Positions 19,387 through 27,417 of a stretch of DNA of 36,915 nucleotides are shown here, piece after piece. The DNA is from a virus, in the UHGV virus genome UHGV-0071814, one strand, 5' to 3'. Under the pieces are notes generated by a model, which was given only the letters and a program-made list of their open reading frames with translations, did not search any database and was not told where the DNA came from. The first letter of the stretch is position 1. Each line of letters begins with the position of its first letter. The position numbers and the translations under genes are program-made.

Positions 19387-19878
19387 CTATCCCATACTGG
19401 AGAATTCACCATGATATTTTATCCTGGCATTTTCCATTGCCTTTCTCGCCTCCTCGATATCGTCAAAACACCCTACATGAATCCTTTTACCATTGACCCT
19501 AATTCTTCCAACCCACTTGTTTGCAGCAGAATTAAAAGTCACCCCCTTCACACCAGATGAATTGTTTTTCCTCATCTTGCTGTTCCATGAGTTTTGAGTG
19601 TTAGTAACAACACGAAGATTGGCTATCCGGTTATCAGATCTATCACCATTAATATGGTCAATCACATCGGTTGGCCAATCATTGTAAACCATCAGCCATG
19701 CAATTCTATGGACATATAGCCGCATTCCATAAAGTTTTACCTGCAGATATCCATTTGTTTCATAGCCAACAACAGCGCCATAGATAAATCTAGAGGACCG
19801 AGGTGGATTCTTCCATGTAAGAATTCCAGTATCTGGATTGTAATTAAAAAGTCTCAATGCATCTTCACGTTTTAACAT
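19387..19878 (-). CDS. HNH homing endonuclease with C-terminal AP2-like domain
   Basis: 163 aa; ...VHRIAWLMVYNDWPTDVIDHINGDRSDNRIANLRVV...SGVKGVTFNSAANKWVGRI... Confidence 0.7.
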   Translation of the reverse strand: MLKREDALRLFNYNPDTGILTWKNPPRSSRFIYGAVVGYETNGYLQVKLYGMRLYVHRIAWLMVYNDWPTDVIDHINGDRSDNRIANLRVVTNTQNSWNSKMRKNNSSGVKGVTFNSAANKWVGRIRVNGKRIHVGCFDDIEEARKAMENARIKYHGEFSSMG

Positions 19879-20078
19879 AGGCGAACCACATAGATATTAG
19901 AGCCTGCTGACATAGAAATATCACCACGAGAGAAGTCGCCAAAAGCGATATTTCTCAGGCTCTATTCCTATGTGCTCTCGAGTTTATGATGCGCATGTCA
20001 GTGCGCTTAGAACTTAAAGATGAGGTGGGTAAAAGCTGAAAGAATGTGAACGGATATAAATCTGCCATTCTTGGGTCA

Positions 20079-20107
20079 AATTTACCCAACTTTATTCAAA
20101 AAGTCAA
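20079..20107 (-). promoter_or_regulatory. Late promoter PR' (-35 TTGACT, 17-bp spacer, -10 TAAATT) with Q-utilisation region
   Basis: Minus strand TTGACTTTTTGAATAAAGTTGGGTAAATT just downstream of Q; closely resembles lambda PR' as recalled. Confidence 0.6.
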
Positions 20108-20149
20108 TATCATGCCGTTAATATGTTGCCATCCGTGGCAATCATGCTG

Positions 20150-20773
20150 CTAACGTGTGACCGCATTCAAAATGTTGTCTGCGATTGACTCTTCTTTGTG
20201 GCATTGCACCACCAGAGCGTCATACAGCGGCTTAACAGTGCGTGACCAGGTGGGTTGGGTAAGGTTTGGGATTAGCATCGTTACAGCGCGATATGCGGCG
20301 CTTGCTGGCATCCTGGAATAGCCGACGCCTTTGCATCTTCCGCACTCTTTCTCGACAACTCTCCCCCACTGCTCTGTTTTGGCAATATCAACGGCCCGGC
20401 CAGTACCGTGGCAATCTCTGCATCTTGCGCCCGGTGTCGCGGCACTACGGCAATAATCCGCATAAGCGAATGTTGCGAGCACTTGCAGCACCTTTGCCTT
20501 AGTATTTCCTTCGAGCTTTGCCACACCACGGTATTTCCCCGATACCTTGTGTGCAAATTGCATCAGATAGTTGATAGCCTTTTGTTTGTCGTTCTGGCTG
20601 AGTTCATGCTTACCGCAGAATGCAGACATTCCGAATCCGGCTTGTGATTGCGCCATCCCCATAGCAGCCATCACATCAGTACCGGAAAGAGAGTCAGAAG
20701 CCGTAGCCCGTGGTGAGTCGCTCATCATCGGGCTTTTTGGCGAATGAAATTTAGCTACGCTTTCGAGTCTCAT
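20150..20773 (-). CDS. Q: Late antiterminator Q (lambda-type)
   Basis: 207 aa MRLESVAKFHSPKSPMMSDSPRATASDSLSGTDV..., near-identical to lambda Q as recalled; zinc-binding Cys cluster. Confidence 0.9.
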   Translation of the reverse strand: MRLESVAKFHSPKSPMMSDSPRATASDSLSGTDVMAAMGMAQSQAGFGMSAFCGKHELSQNDKQKAINYLMQFAHKVSGKYRGVAKLEGNTKAKVLQVLATFAYADYCRSAATPGARCRDCHGTGRAVDIAKTEQWGRVVEKECGRCKGVGYSRMPASAAYRAVTMLIPNLTQPTWSRTVKPLYDALVVQCHKEESIADNILNAVTR

Positions 20774-20958
20774 GGTCTTCCCCTCTTGCCCTGTTTGACC
20801 ATCAGGACGCCGTTAACTATTACGTGACGCTCACCTTTGCTGTCTCGGTTGTACTTGAGCACTGTTCCTCTTGCACAGGAAAGCATCCTCGCCACTTCGG
20901 TCTGATTGCCTCGTGTCTGGATAAGAAGCTCTGGTATCGTTTGAATTGTGGCGTTCAT
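20770..20958 (-). CDS. ninH: NinH-like protein
   Basis: 62 aa with GNQTEVARMLSCARGTV HTH-like motif, position between rusA and Q. Confidence 0.65.
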   Translation of the reverse strand: MNATIQTIPELLIQTRGNQTEVARMLSCARGTVLKYNRDSKGERHVIVNGVLMVKQGKRGRP

Positions 20959-21317
20959 ACGTTCTCCAGTTCGGTGATTTTTATTCCAAGCCTTCCGCCT
21001 GGTACTTTCACGCCACGAATTACGCGAATGTCATCGAATTGCTCGTCGTCTTCCGCAAATCCGGCGTGGATAAGGGAGTCGAGTAAACCTTTCAGGATGT
21101 TGTCGAGGTCGCGGCGGCGGGAGTCTGGAACGTCTGCGATGACTTTGATGCGGAGTCGTGATTTGGTGAAAATGTCTAACTTGAGTTGGCGGATGATTTG
21201 CTGAACGTCTTTTCGGTATTTCTGGCCTTTATCGCTGATGTAGTATTGGCTTCCCCGTCTTCGCCAGTAGGTGTTCAGCGACGGTGGGTACGGAAGTGTG
21301 AATCTGTATTCTGCCAT
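20955..21317 (-). CDS. rusA: Holliday junction resolvase RusA
   Basis: 120 aa MAEYRFTLPYPPSLNTYWRRRG...; RusA family. Confidence 0.85.
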   Translation of the reverse strand: MAEYRFTLPYPPSLNTYWRRRGSQYYISDKGQKYRKDVQQIIRQLKLDIFTKSRLRIKVIADVPDSRRRDLDNILKGLLDSLIHAGFAEDDEQFDDIRVIRGVKVPGGRLGIKITELENV

Positions 21318-21842
21318 TTATCCTCTCCCATGATTATGGTGATAGCCCAATCGTGATTCCGCCAATTTTCTGGCATTAACGGCTAGAGATATGTCATCGT
21401 ATAATCCAAGAAATATCTTTTTATTATCACTGTTTATATATGCGCCCCACTTTTTATTCTTCTTATAGTAGGCAACACCAATTACTCCAGAGCGATTATT
21501 AATAGGCTTTTTTCTGTTCCTTGAGTTCTGTTTATCATCTACAACGCGCAAATTGCATATTCTGTTATCGCTTTTAATTCCATTTATGTGGTCAATTTCC
21601 CCATCAGGTTCACTTCCATAAAAGGATATCCATGCGATTCTATGAGCTCGACAAACTTTTTTATTTACAGATATACGAACGTATCCTTTTTCATCTATAG
21701 AACCAGCAATCTTACCGGCATATGTTGAATTCCAGCACTCTCTTACACTTTCTCTTCTCTTGTATATAAACAAACCTGTTTCGCTATTATATTCATACAA
21801 TTCATTGATTTCTTTTTGTGTTGGATATCTTTTACCGTTCAT
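21318..21842 (-). CDS. HNH homing endonuclease with AP2-like domain (paralog of 19387-19878), AT-rich
   Basis: 174 aa; ...RAHRIAWISFYGSEPDGEIDHINGIKSDNRICNLRVV...SGVIGVAYYKKNKKWGAYI... Confidence 0.7.
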   Translation of the reverse strand: MNGKRYPTQKEINELYEYNSETGLFIYKRRESVRECWNSTYAGKIAGSIDEKGYVRISVNKKVCRAHRIAWISFYGSEPDGEIDHINGIKSDNRICNLRVVDDKQNSRNRKKPINNRSGVIGVAYYKKNKKWGAYINSDNKKIFLGLYDDISLAVNARKLAESRLGYHHNHGRG

Positions 21843-22129
21843 GGCTTAATCTTCCCCTCCTTCAGCAGTATCGCCTGCGTCCTGATCACGCCTTCGAGGT
21901 GGTAAAGTCTGGCGTCTTTGTTGTCGAGATTATAGGTGCGTCGGTCGATTTCATCGTGACACGCGCTACAAGCCCATGCGCCGATCAGGTCGTCAGGCTT
22001 CATTCCCGTTCCGCAAATTCCAGCCATCCGGTAATGTGCCAGAACTGTAGTTTCAGGATTGCCATTGCATACGCCGTAAATACGTACCTGGCATTCTCTG
22101 CCGCGTGCTTCTTTGCGTAGATTAGCCAT
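21839..22129 (-). CDS. Cys-rich phage protein (NinX/DUF1364-like)
   Basis: 96 aa with CQV...C...C...CSAC spacing; family assignment from memory. Confidence 0.45.
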   Translation of the reverse strand: MANLRKEARGRECQVRIYGVCNGNPETTVLAHYRMAGICGTGMKPDDLIGAWACSACHDEIDRRTYNLDNKDARLYHLEGVIRTQAILLKEGKIKP

Positions 22130-22851
22130 TAAGCAGCCTCCCCTGTTACTTTCAGCATTCCGTTATCGAGCAGCTTTCTGGTCAGCCACTGTTGACCACG
22201 CCCGGTGATTTTTGTGGTGAACGATATCTGTATTCCGTGATTTGTGTTGACCGCTGTTTCTTTCACTGTGAAATAGCCGCGCTCCATATATTCCTGCATT
22301 GGCACATTGCGCCGGGAACCTGAAGCAATAAGGATTTTGTGATCGCGCATCCACGCAAACAGTTTGTTTGGACCAATTCCAACAACCTTTGCAAAGTTTC
22401 CAATCAAAATTCCACTGGCCTCGCCAACGCGATCGGCAAACTCAACTTTAGGTGCGGCAATTGCGAGCTGGTTTTCCAGTTGCATTTTCTGCTCAGCAAG
22501 ATCAGCAGCAAGGCGCAACGCTTCTGGTAGCGTTTTTGGGATATTAACCGCAGCTTCTTCAAGCTCTCGCCAACGGTCAACAAGGCGAGCCGTGAATTCC
22601 GGCGACAACTGGGCAACGACAATAATGCTGTCGCGCTTACCTTGTTCGCCTTCGAAGACGTAAGCCTCGACACTACGGCGCAGTCCTAAGTTATTGATTT
22701 TTTCGAAAACCTGCAATGCAGGAAGTTGAATAACTCCAGATTTAGCCAGGCGCTCTATTGATATTTTTACATTATCTGGACGACTTCCCACCAACTCAGC
22801 GATTTCAATGCTTGTCATTTTGATGGCATTGCCATTTATTAACTCATTCAT
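22129..22851 (-). CDS. Rha-family regulator/antirepressor (Rha N-terminal domain + KilA-C/ANT C-terminal domain)
   Basis: 240 aa; domain assignment from memory of family patterns. Confidence 0.6.
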   Translation of the reverse strand: MNELINGNAIKMTSIEIAELVGSRPDNVKISIERLAKSGVIQLPALQVFEKINNLGLRRSVEAYVFEGEQGKRDSIIVVAQLSPEFTARLVDRWRELEEAAVNIPKTLPEALRLAADLAEQKMQLENQLAIAAPKVEFADRVGEASGILIGNFAKVVGIGPNKLFAWMRDHKILIASGSRRNVPMQEYMERGYFTVKETAVNTNHGIQISFTTKITGRGQQWLTRKLLDNGMLKVTGEAA

Positions 22852-23014
22852 CGTCTTCTTCCTCGTACATTGAGCTATTCGGATCGCTCATCAGTTCTGC
22901 GCAGCAGTGCTCACACACGTGAACTTCCAGCACATGCAGCTTCTGACCGCAGTTAGCGCACGTTAAAGCCCGCTCGACGCTTTCTTGTTCGTAACTTCGA
23001 TTTGGGTCAATCAC
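22844..23014 (-). CDS. Small zinc-ribbon protein (NinF-like), GTG start
   Basis: Manual translation (M)[55 protein letters not shown]; GAGGA 7 nt upstream of GTG; stop overlaps downstream start; absent from ORF track (<60 aa). Confidence 0.35.
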   Translation of the reverse strand: MIDPNRSYEQESVERALTCANCGQKLHVLEVHVCEHCCAELMSDPNSSMYEEEDDE

Positions 23015-23193
23015 CTTGTTTTCCTCGCACGTTCTCTAAGCCACCGGATATCCCACAGGTGAGCCGTGTAGTTGAAGGTTTTTACGTCAGATTCTTTTGG
23101 GATTGGCTTGCGTTTATTTCTGGAGCGTTTCGTTGGAAGGTATTTGCAGTTTTCGCAGATTATGTCGGTGATGCTTCGTCGCTGTCGTCTCAT
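23011..23193 (-). CDS. ninE: NinE-like protein
   Basis: Internal ATG at 23193 gives 60-aa [52 protein letters not shown]...; ATGA overlap with methylase stop. Confidence 0.6.
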   Translation of the reverse strand: MRRQRRSITDIICENCKYLPTKRSRNKRKPIPKESDVKTFNYTAHLWDIRWLRERARKTR

Positions 23194-23717
23194 GCAGCCC
23201 TCCTGACGCCCTGCCCGATCGCCATCAATGCCGCTTTGGATACGGTAGTAAACATCCGTCGAGGACTGATGAACGGTCGCCAAATCAGCAGCATGGAGCC
23301 TTTGCTGTTTCCCTTCTTCTCCAGCCCTGTCGATGGTTCGATAAAATTAATCCGTCCATCAGTGATAATACGAACTTCGTCAACACTCTCCAGAGCCTTG
23401 CTGAACCATCCGACAGACATATCCTCTGGCACAAGCATCACTACCGTCTGTCGCTGTTGTATACACTGCTCAGCGGCTTTTTCCACCCACGGCCTGATAT
23501 TGCTGTACGGTGGGTTATTCCAGATTGCACCGTGGCTTACCCACTCAGAATTGAGCGCGTCGTCGTCCTCAGTTAGCCAGTGAGCACACAGAGCATTTTT
23601 GTCGCTCGCTGCCGAATCCAGCCAGAATCCAAACTCAATATCCAGTGCATCAAAAAGCCAAAGCGGCGTTTGCCAGCAGTCCTTGTCGTGTGCTGGCGTA
23701 TTTGATTTGATAGTCAT
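23190..23717 (-). CDS. DNA N6-adenine methyltransferase (phage Dam-like)
   Basis: NPPY motif (WNNPPYSN); start [18 protein letters not shown]... at ATG overlapping ninB stop. Confidence 0.75.
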   Translation of the reverse strand: MTIKSNTPAHDKDCWQTPLWLFDALDIEFGFWLDSAASDKNALCAHWLTEDDDALNSEWVSHGAIWNNPPYSNIRPWVEKAAEQCIQQRQTVVMLVPEDMSVGWFSKALESVDEVRIITDGRINFIEPSTGLEKKGNSKGSMLLIWRPFISPRRMFTTVSKAALMAIGQGVRRAA

Positions 23718-24154
23718 GCAGCCCGATCTCCCCATCTCGCTTTCCACTCCAGAGCCAGTCTCGCTTCGTCTGACCACTTAACGCCACGCTCTGTACCGAA
23801 TGCCTGTATAAGCTCTAATAGCTCCGCAAATTCGCTTACACGCATCCTGCTGGTTGACTGGCCTATTACCACAAAGCCATTCCCGGCAAGGTTAGGAACA
23901 ACATCCTGCTGCTTTAATGCTGCGGTAAACACACACTTCCAGCTTTCTGCATCCAGCCAGCGACCATGCCATTCAACCTGACGAGAGACGTCACCAAGGC
24001 AAGCCCAAAGCTTTCGATTCTGGTCTAAGCTGCGGTTGCGTTCCTGAATGGTTACTACGATTGGTTTGGTTGGGTCTGGAAGAATTTGCTGTACCGCGTG
24101 AATAGCGTTTTGCTGATGTGCTGGAGATCGAATTTCAAAGGTTAGTTTTTTCAT
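23714..24154 (-). CDS. ninB: NinB recombination protein
   Basis: MKKLTFEIRSPAHQQNAIHAVQQILPDPTKP..., near-identical to lambda NinB as recalled; start trimmed to MKKLTF. Confidence 0.85.
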   Translation of the reverse strand: MKKLTFEIRSPAHQQNAIHAVQQILPDPTKPIVVTIQERNRSLDQNRKLWACLGDVSRQVEWHGRWLDAESWKCVFTAALKQQDVVPNLAGNGFVVIGQSTSRMRVSEFAELLELIQAFGTERGVKWSDEARLALEWKARWGDRAA

Positions 24155-24170
24155 GACTTCCCTCTCCCCC

Positions 24171-24202
24171 AAATAAAAAGGCCTGCGATTACCAGCAGGC
24201 CT
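24171..24202 (-). terminator. Intrinsic terminator (tR2-like) between helicase gene and ninB
   Basis: Minus strand AGGCCTGC-TGGTAATC-GCAGGCCT followed by TTTTTATTT. Confidence 0.6.
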
Positions 24203-24230
24203 GTTATTAGCTCAGTGATGTAGATGGTCA

Positions 24231-25682
24231 TCAGAATCCTCCTTTCTTCTTGGATTGCGGTTCCTCGCGTTCACGGCGGCGCATTTCAGCAGACTGTTGG
24301 TCTGTGTCATAAATAGCGCCATTTGCCTGAATGCAATACACCGTGCCGGTATTGCCATGACGATTGAGACGAAGGATTAGTTCGGTTTCACCAGGTGGAA
24401 CACTGTCATCAAAAGCGCCTTCACGATGGATCCCAACCCAATAATCGCAATCCTGTTCAATCTGCCCTGTATCTCGTGAGTCACTTGGTAATGGGCGTTT
24501 ATTGGTTCGGCTTTCCAGTGCGCGGTTAAGCTGTGTCAGAAGCACAACAACGCAATCAAGCTCTTTGGCAAGGTTCTTCAGTCCTTTGGTGATCATGCCG
24601 TAAGCAAGGTCGTTGCGATCGGCCTTCTCAGCAGTCATTAGTGTCAGGTAATCGACCAGAATCATGCCAACACATCCTTTTTCTCGCTTGATTCGACGGC
24701 TTTCGCTGACGATTTGAGCCAGAGATAATCCCGGCGTGTCGTCGATGTAAAGCATGTCGATTTCACTCAAGCGATTGGCTGTTTCGATCGCCCTGTTGAA
24801 GTCACCATCGTAATCACCCTGATAGCCGTCATCGGCGTCATTTGTCGCCGGAAGGTAAAAAATATTCGGGTTAACACCAGACTTCTGCCCTACCAGTTTT
24901 TCCAGTATCTGATCACCTGGCATTTCAAGGCTGAACATCAGAGCGGGCTTTTTCTCATGCACTGCGCAATTGATTGCCATCTGGCTGTATAGCGTCGTTT
25001 TCCCCATCTTAGGGCGAGCGCCAATGACAAACAGAGAGCCTTTCACCAGACCTTTCGGTGACAGCATCCTGTCCAGCGATGGGATCCCTGTGCTCATTCC
25101 TCGCTGTTCGCCTGACGGGTCAAATCGCTTCTCAAGGTCGCTAACCCAGTCTTCCATGACCTCACCAAATGAGCGAAGGCCGCGACGCGATCCGGTTTTT
25201 GCATGGTCTGTCAGTTGCGTGAAAATCGCCTGAATAGCTTCGTACTTCTGCGTTGCAGTCATTCCGTTGCGGGAATAGAGCAATTCCGTCGCTTCAGTCA
25301 TGCGGTTGATGGCGTAGCGTTCCATTGCGGTTTCACGAACCTGCATTGCATAGGCAACGATGTTTGCTGCGCTTGGCGTGTTCTTTGCGATCTCAGCGAT
25401 ATAAGCAAAACCGCCAACAGACGCCGTTAACGATTTACGCTCCAATTCATCGAAAAGCGTCAGGCCATCTACTGGCTTTTGCTCCCGGTGCATTCTGGTT
25501 ATTTCTTCGAAAAGGATTTTGTGTGGCCGGCTGTAAAATGAGTCAGGCTTCAGCATCGCCAGAACTTTCTGGACGCGCTCACTGCTGTCATCATCCAGAA
25601 GCAATCCACCAATCACCGCCTGCTCTGCCTCGATGCTATGGGGCGGCGCATAAAAATTATCGGTCATCGTGTTCACCCTCAC
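24231..25682 (-). CDS. Replicative DNA helicase, DnaB family (P22 gene 12-like)
   Basis: 483 aa; Walker A GARPKMGKTT; DnaB-like N-terminal domain. Confidence 0.9.
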   Translation of the reverse strand: MRVNTMTDNFYAPPHSIEAEQAVIGGLLLDDDSSERVQKVLAMLKPDSFYSRPHKILFEEITRMHREQKPVDGLTLFDELERKSLTASVGGFAYIAEIAKNTPSAANIVAYAMQVRETAMERYAINRMTEATELLYSRNGMTATQKYEAIQAIFTQLTDHAKTGSRRGLRSFGEVMEDWVSDLEKRFDPSGEQRGMSTGIPSLDRMLSPKGLVKGSLFVIGARPKMGKTTLYSQMAINCAVHEKKPALMFSLEMPGDQILEKLVGQKSGVNPNIFYLPATNDADDGYQGDYDGDFNRAIETANRLSEIDMLYIDDTPGLSLAQIVSESRRIKREKGCVGMILVDYLTLMTAEKADRNDLAYGMITKGLKNLAKELDCVVVLLTQLNRALESRTNKRPLPSDSRDTGQIEQDCDYWVGIHREGAFDDSVPPGETELILRLNRHGNTGTVYCIQANGAIYDTDQQSAEMRRREREEPQSKKKGGF

Positions 25683-26547
25683 GAACTTTCAGGTAGGTAT
25701 TATCGTTAAGCAGGAAATCAAATCCCTTTTTGTGCCAGACGGTTCCGCGTTGATGGTTTGGGCGTTCTTCGAACATCCATCGGCAATTTTCGCCTACGTA
25801 GCTCAAATAATTTCTCCAGTCCTGCATCGTGAACCCATGCCCGTCAAGCTGGCGGGTTATCACTCCGGCTTTGCGCCAGAACGTTCGGATCTGGTTTTTA
25901 CGCTTGTCATTCAGTGCGCGGATTCTTGGCGCTTCAGGAAGGATTTCGTGGTAAGCATCGACAACATCCTGACAGCTAACGGAAGGTTTTTTCTTGTCAG
26001 ACTTTTTGTCTGCTGTGGCACTCTCTAATACGTCAGTATTAGAGATATTATTTATATTATTGTTTATGGACAACCATTGGACAACCGTTGGACAATCTCC
26101 GCTGAGAGTCGCGCCATTACTGGTGTTTGCGTTGGACAACCGTTGGACAACCGTTGGACAATTTTTTGCCTGAAAATCGTCATATTTAACGATTGTAAAC
26201 AGGCTAAATTTCTTCCCCATCGAGCAAATATTAAGCATCCCTTTCGACTCAAAAGTCCGTAATAAGCTCCGAACTTTGTTGTCGGGGATGAATGTTTCTC
26301 TGACCAGCGACGGGCGTCCAGTTATCATCTGACCGCGATCAACAGTTATCGGACCGATATCCGTATTGACGACAGTAGATTCGTGATTAGCCTTGAGGAT
26401 TAAGTGAAGCCAAAGATGTACTGCCTGAGAGTCCTTATAGAGCCTGCTGTCCATAAACTGGCGGTGTATAGAGACATACCCCATACTGGATGCCTCCTGA
26501 TGTTGTACAGGGTTATGCCTGTAATCAGCTAACTTAACGACGCCCAT
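25657..26547 (-). CDS. Replication initiation protein (O-like; P22 gene 18-like); alternative start at ATG 26484
   Basis: Iteron array lies inside the gene; both candidate ATGs have AGGAG-type RBS. Confidence 0.7.
   Translation of the reverse strand: MGVVKLADYRHNPVQHQEASSMGYVSIHRQFMDSRLYKDSQAVHLWLHLILKANHESTVVNTDIGPITVDRGQMITGRPSLVRETFIPDNKVRSLLRTFESKGMLNICSMGKKFSLFTIVKYDDFQAKNCPTVVQRLSNANTSNGATLSGDCPTVVQWLSINNNINNISNTDVLESATADKKSDKKKPSVSCQDVVDAYHEILPEAPRIRALNDKRKNQIRTFWRKAGVITRQLDGHGFTMQDWRNYLSYVGENCRWMFEERPNHQRGTVWHKKGFDFLLNDNTYLKVREGEHDDR
26068..26163. repeat. Replication origin iterons: two clusters of three 11-bp-phased repeats (TTGGACAACCG/TTGGACAAT) flanked by AT-rich tracts
   Basis: GGACAACC/GGACAAT at 26068, 26079, 26090, 26134, 26145, 26156; AT-rich 26046-26066 and 26161-26215. 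Confidence 0.75.
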
Positions 26548-26695
26548 GTTTCACTCCTGCTTTGGCTAGTCTGTAAACACCAACAAGGCGCTCTGCGAAC
26601 GCCCTGTTATTTGCTGCGGCTACCACTGATCCCTCAGGTGAATCAGGGTGTCGAATCTCTTCTTTTTCCTGGTATTTCTTACGACGTTTTGTCAT
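26534..26695 (-). CDS. Small basic hypothetical protein between cII and O
   Basis: 53-aa ORF MTKRRKKYQEKEEIRHPDSPEG... with AGGAG 6 nt upstream; below ORF-track size cutoff. Confidence 0.3.
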   Translation of the reverse strand: MTKRRKKYQEKEEIRHPDSPEGSVVAAANNRAFAERLVGVYRLAKAGVKHGRR

Positions 26696-26729
26696 AATTA
26701 CTCCTGTGGATTGATCCAGTCTTTCTACA

Positions 26730-27008
26730 TCAGGCCTCGAAGAATTCGCCGTTCTTCGGGGCTTTTTCTTTTGTCAGCATTCTTGCTACTTTCTTAGCCA
26801 GTTTCGCCAACTCCTCGTCTTCAACACCCCATTCAAGAACAGCAAGAAGCATTCCCATTTTGGGGATGAAGCTGTCTTTCCATCGCGAAATTTGCGATTC
26901 ATTAATCCCTAACGCGTCGGCAACCTTTCGCTGACCACGTACAGCAATTCGATTCAGGATGTTGCTTGTAATTGCATTCGCTTTCTTGCGAGTACTTGTA
27001 AGTTGCAT
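26730..27008 (-). CDS. cII: cII-type transcriptional activator
   Basis: ...GINESQISRWKDSFIPKMGMLLAVLEWGV... matches lambda cII/P22 c1 core as recalled. Confidence 0.8.
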   Translation of the reverse strand: MQLTSTRKKANAITSNILNRIAVRGQRKVADALGINESQISRWKDSFIPKMGMLLAVLEWGVEDEELAKLAKKVARMLTKEKAPKNGEFFEA

Positions 27009-27066
27009 ATGTAAGTATTTCCTTAACTAATAAGAAGTTATGCGCATCAACTTATGCGCGTTGTAT

Positions 27067-27111
27067 TCCCGCATTTCGGCGGGAATGAGGACCATGACTG
27101 TTAAAGAGCGG
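27067..27111 (-). promoter_or_regulatory. nutR: boxA (CGCTCTTTAAC) followed by boxB hairpin (CCCGC-CGAAAT-GCGGG)
   Basis: Same boxA and boxB sequences occur at nutL (28740-28779) on the plus strand. Confidence 0.65.
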
Positions 27112-27116
27112 TGTTA

Positions 27117-27317
27117 CTATTTGTTTTTCTTGTTGCTTGGGAAAGGACGAACTTCCTCTCCAATCACACTGCCATCAGGCTTTACCGTAACCATAATGTT
27201 ACGGCCTGCCAGAATGGCCTTGCTGATAGCGCACTGGATTACACCAAAGTCACTGGCTGCTTTAGCCTGTCCATGGATTTTGGCGTAATCGGCAAGTGTC
27301 ATTCGAATCATATGCAC
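27117..27317 (-). CDS. cro: Cro repressor
   Basis: 66 aa; ...[37 protein letters not shown] resembles lambda Cro; divergent from cI. Confidence 0.8.
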   Translation of the reverse strand: MHMIRMTLADYAKIHGQAKAASDFGVIQCAISKAILAGRNIMVTVKPDGSVIGEEVRPFPSNKKNK

Positions 27318-27342
27318 TCTCCGTTATTAACCATGAACAAAG

Positions 27343-27406
27343 AATACTACAGGTATTCAAAGCAATCAATACTCAGGGTATTTTTAGTTTAAGTACCTTA
27401 GCTATT
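27343..27406. promoter_or_regulatory. OR operator region: three 15-bp sites with AATAC-N5-GTATT symmetry (27343-27357, 27368-27382, weaker 27392-27406), overlapping PR/PRM
   Basis: Palindromic half-sites read directly; centre spacing about 25 and 24 bp. Confidence 0.6.
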
Positions 27407-27417
27407 AGAATTAAGCT

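Noticed and set aside
19260-19390. Possible third tRNA or small RNA gene
   Set aside because: No cloverleaf with CCA end could be folded; the segment instead resembles the lambda 6S leader upstream of tR'.
23002-23583. 193-aa plus-strand ORF
   Set aside because: Antisense to the methylase and ninE genes, which have recognisable motifs and coupled starts; likely a chance open frame.
26064-26262. Overlapping ORFs on both strands (62 and 61 aa) and possible CRISPR-like repeat
   Set aside because: Produced by the iteron array inside the O-like gene; repeats are 11-bp phased without unique spacers, so this is an origin, not a CRISPR array or genes.
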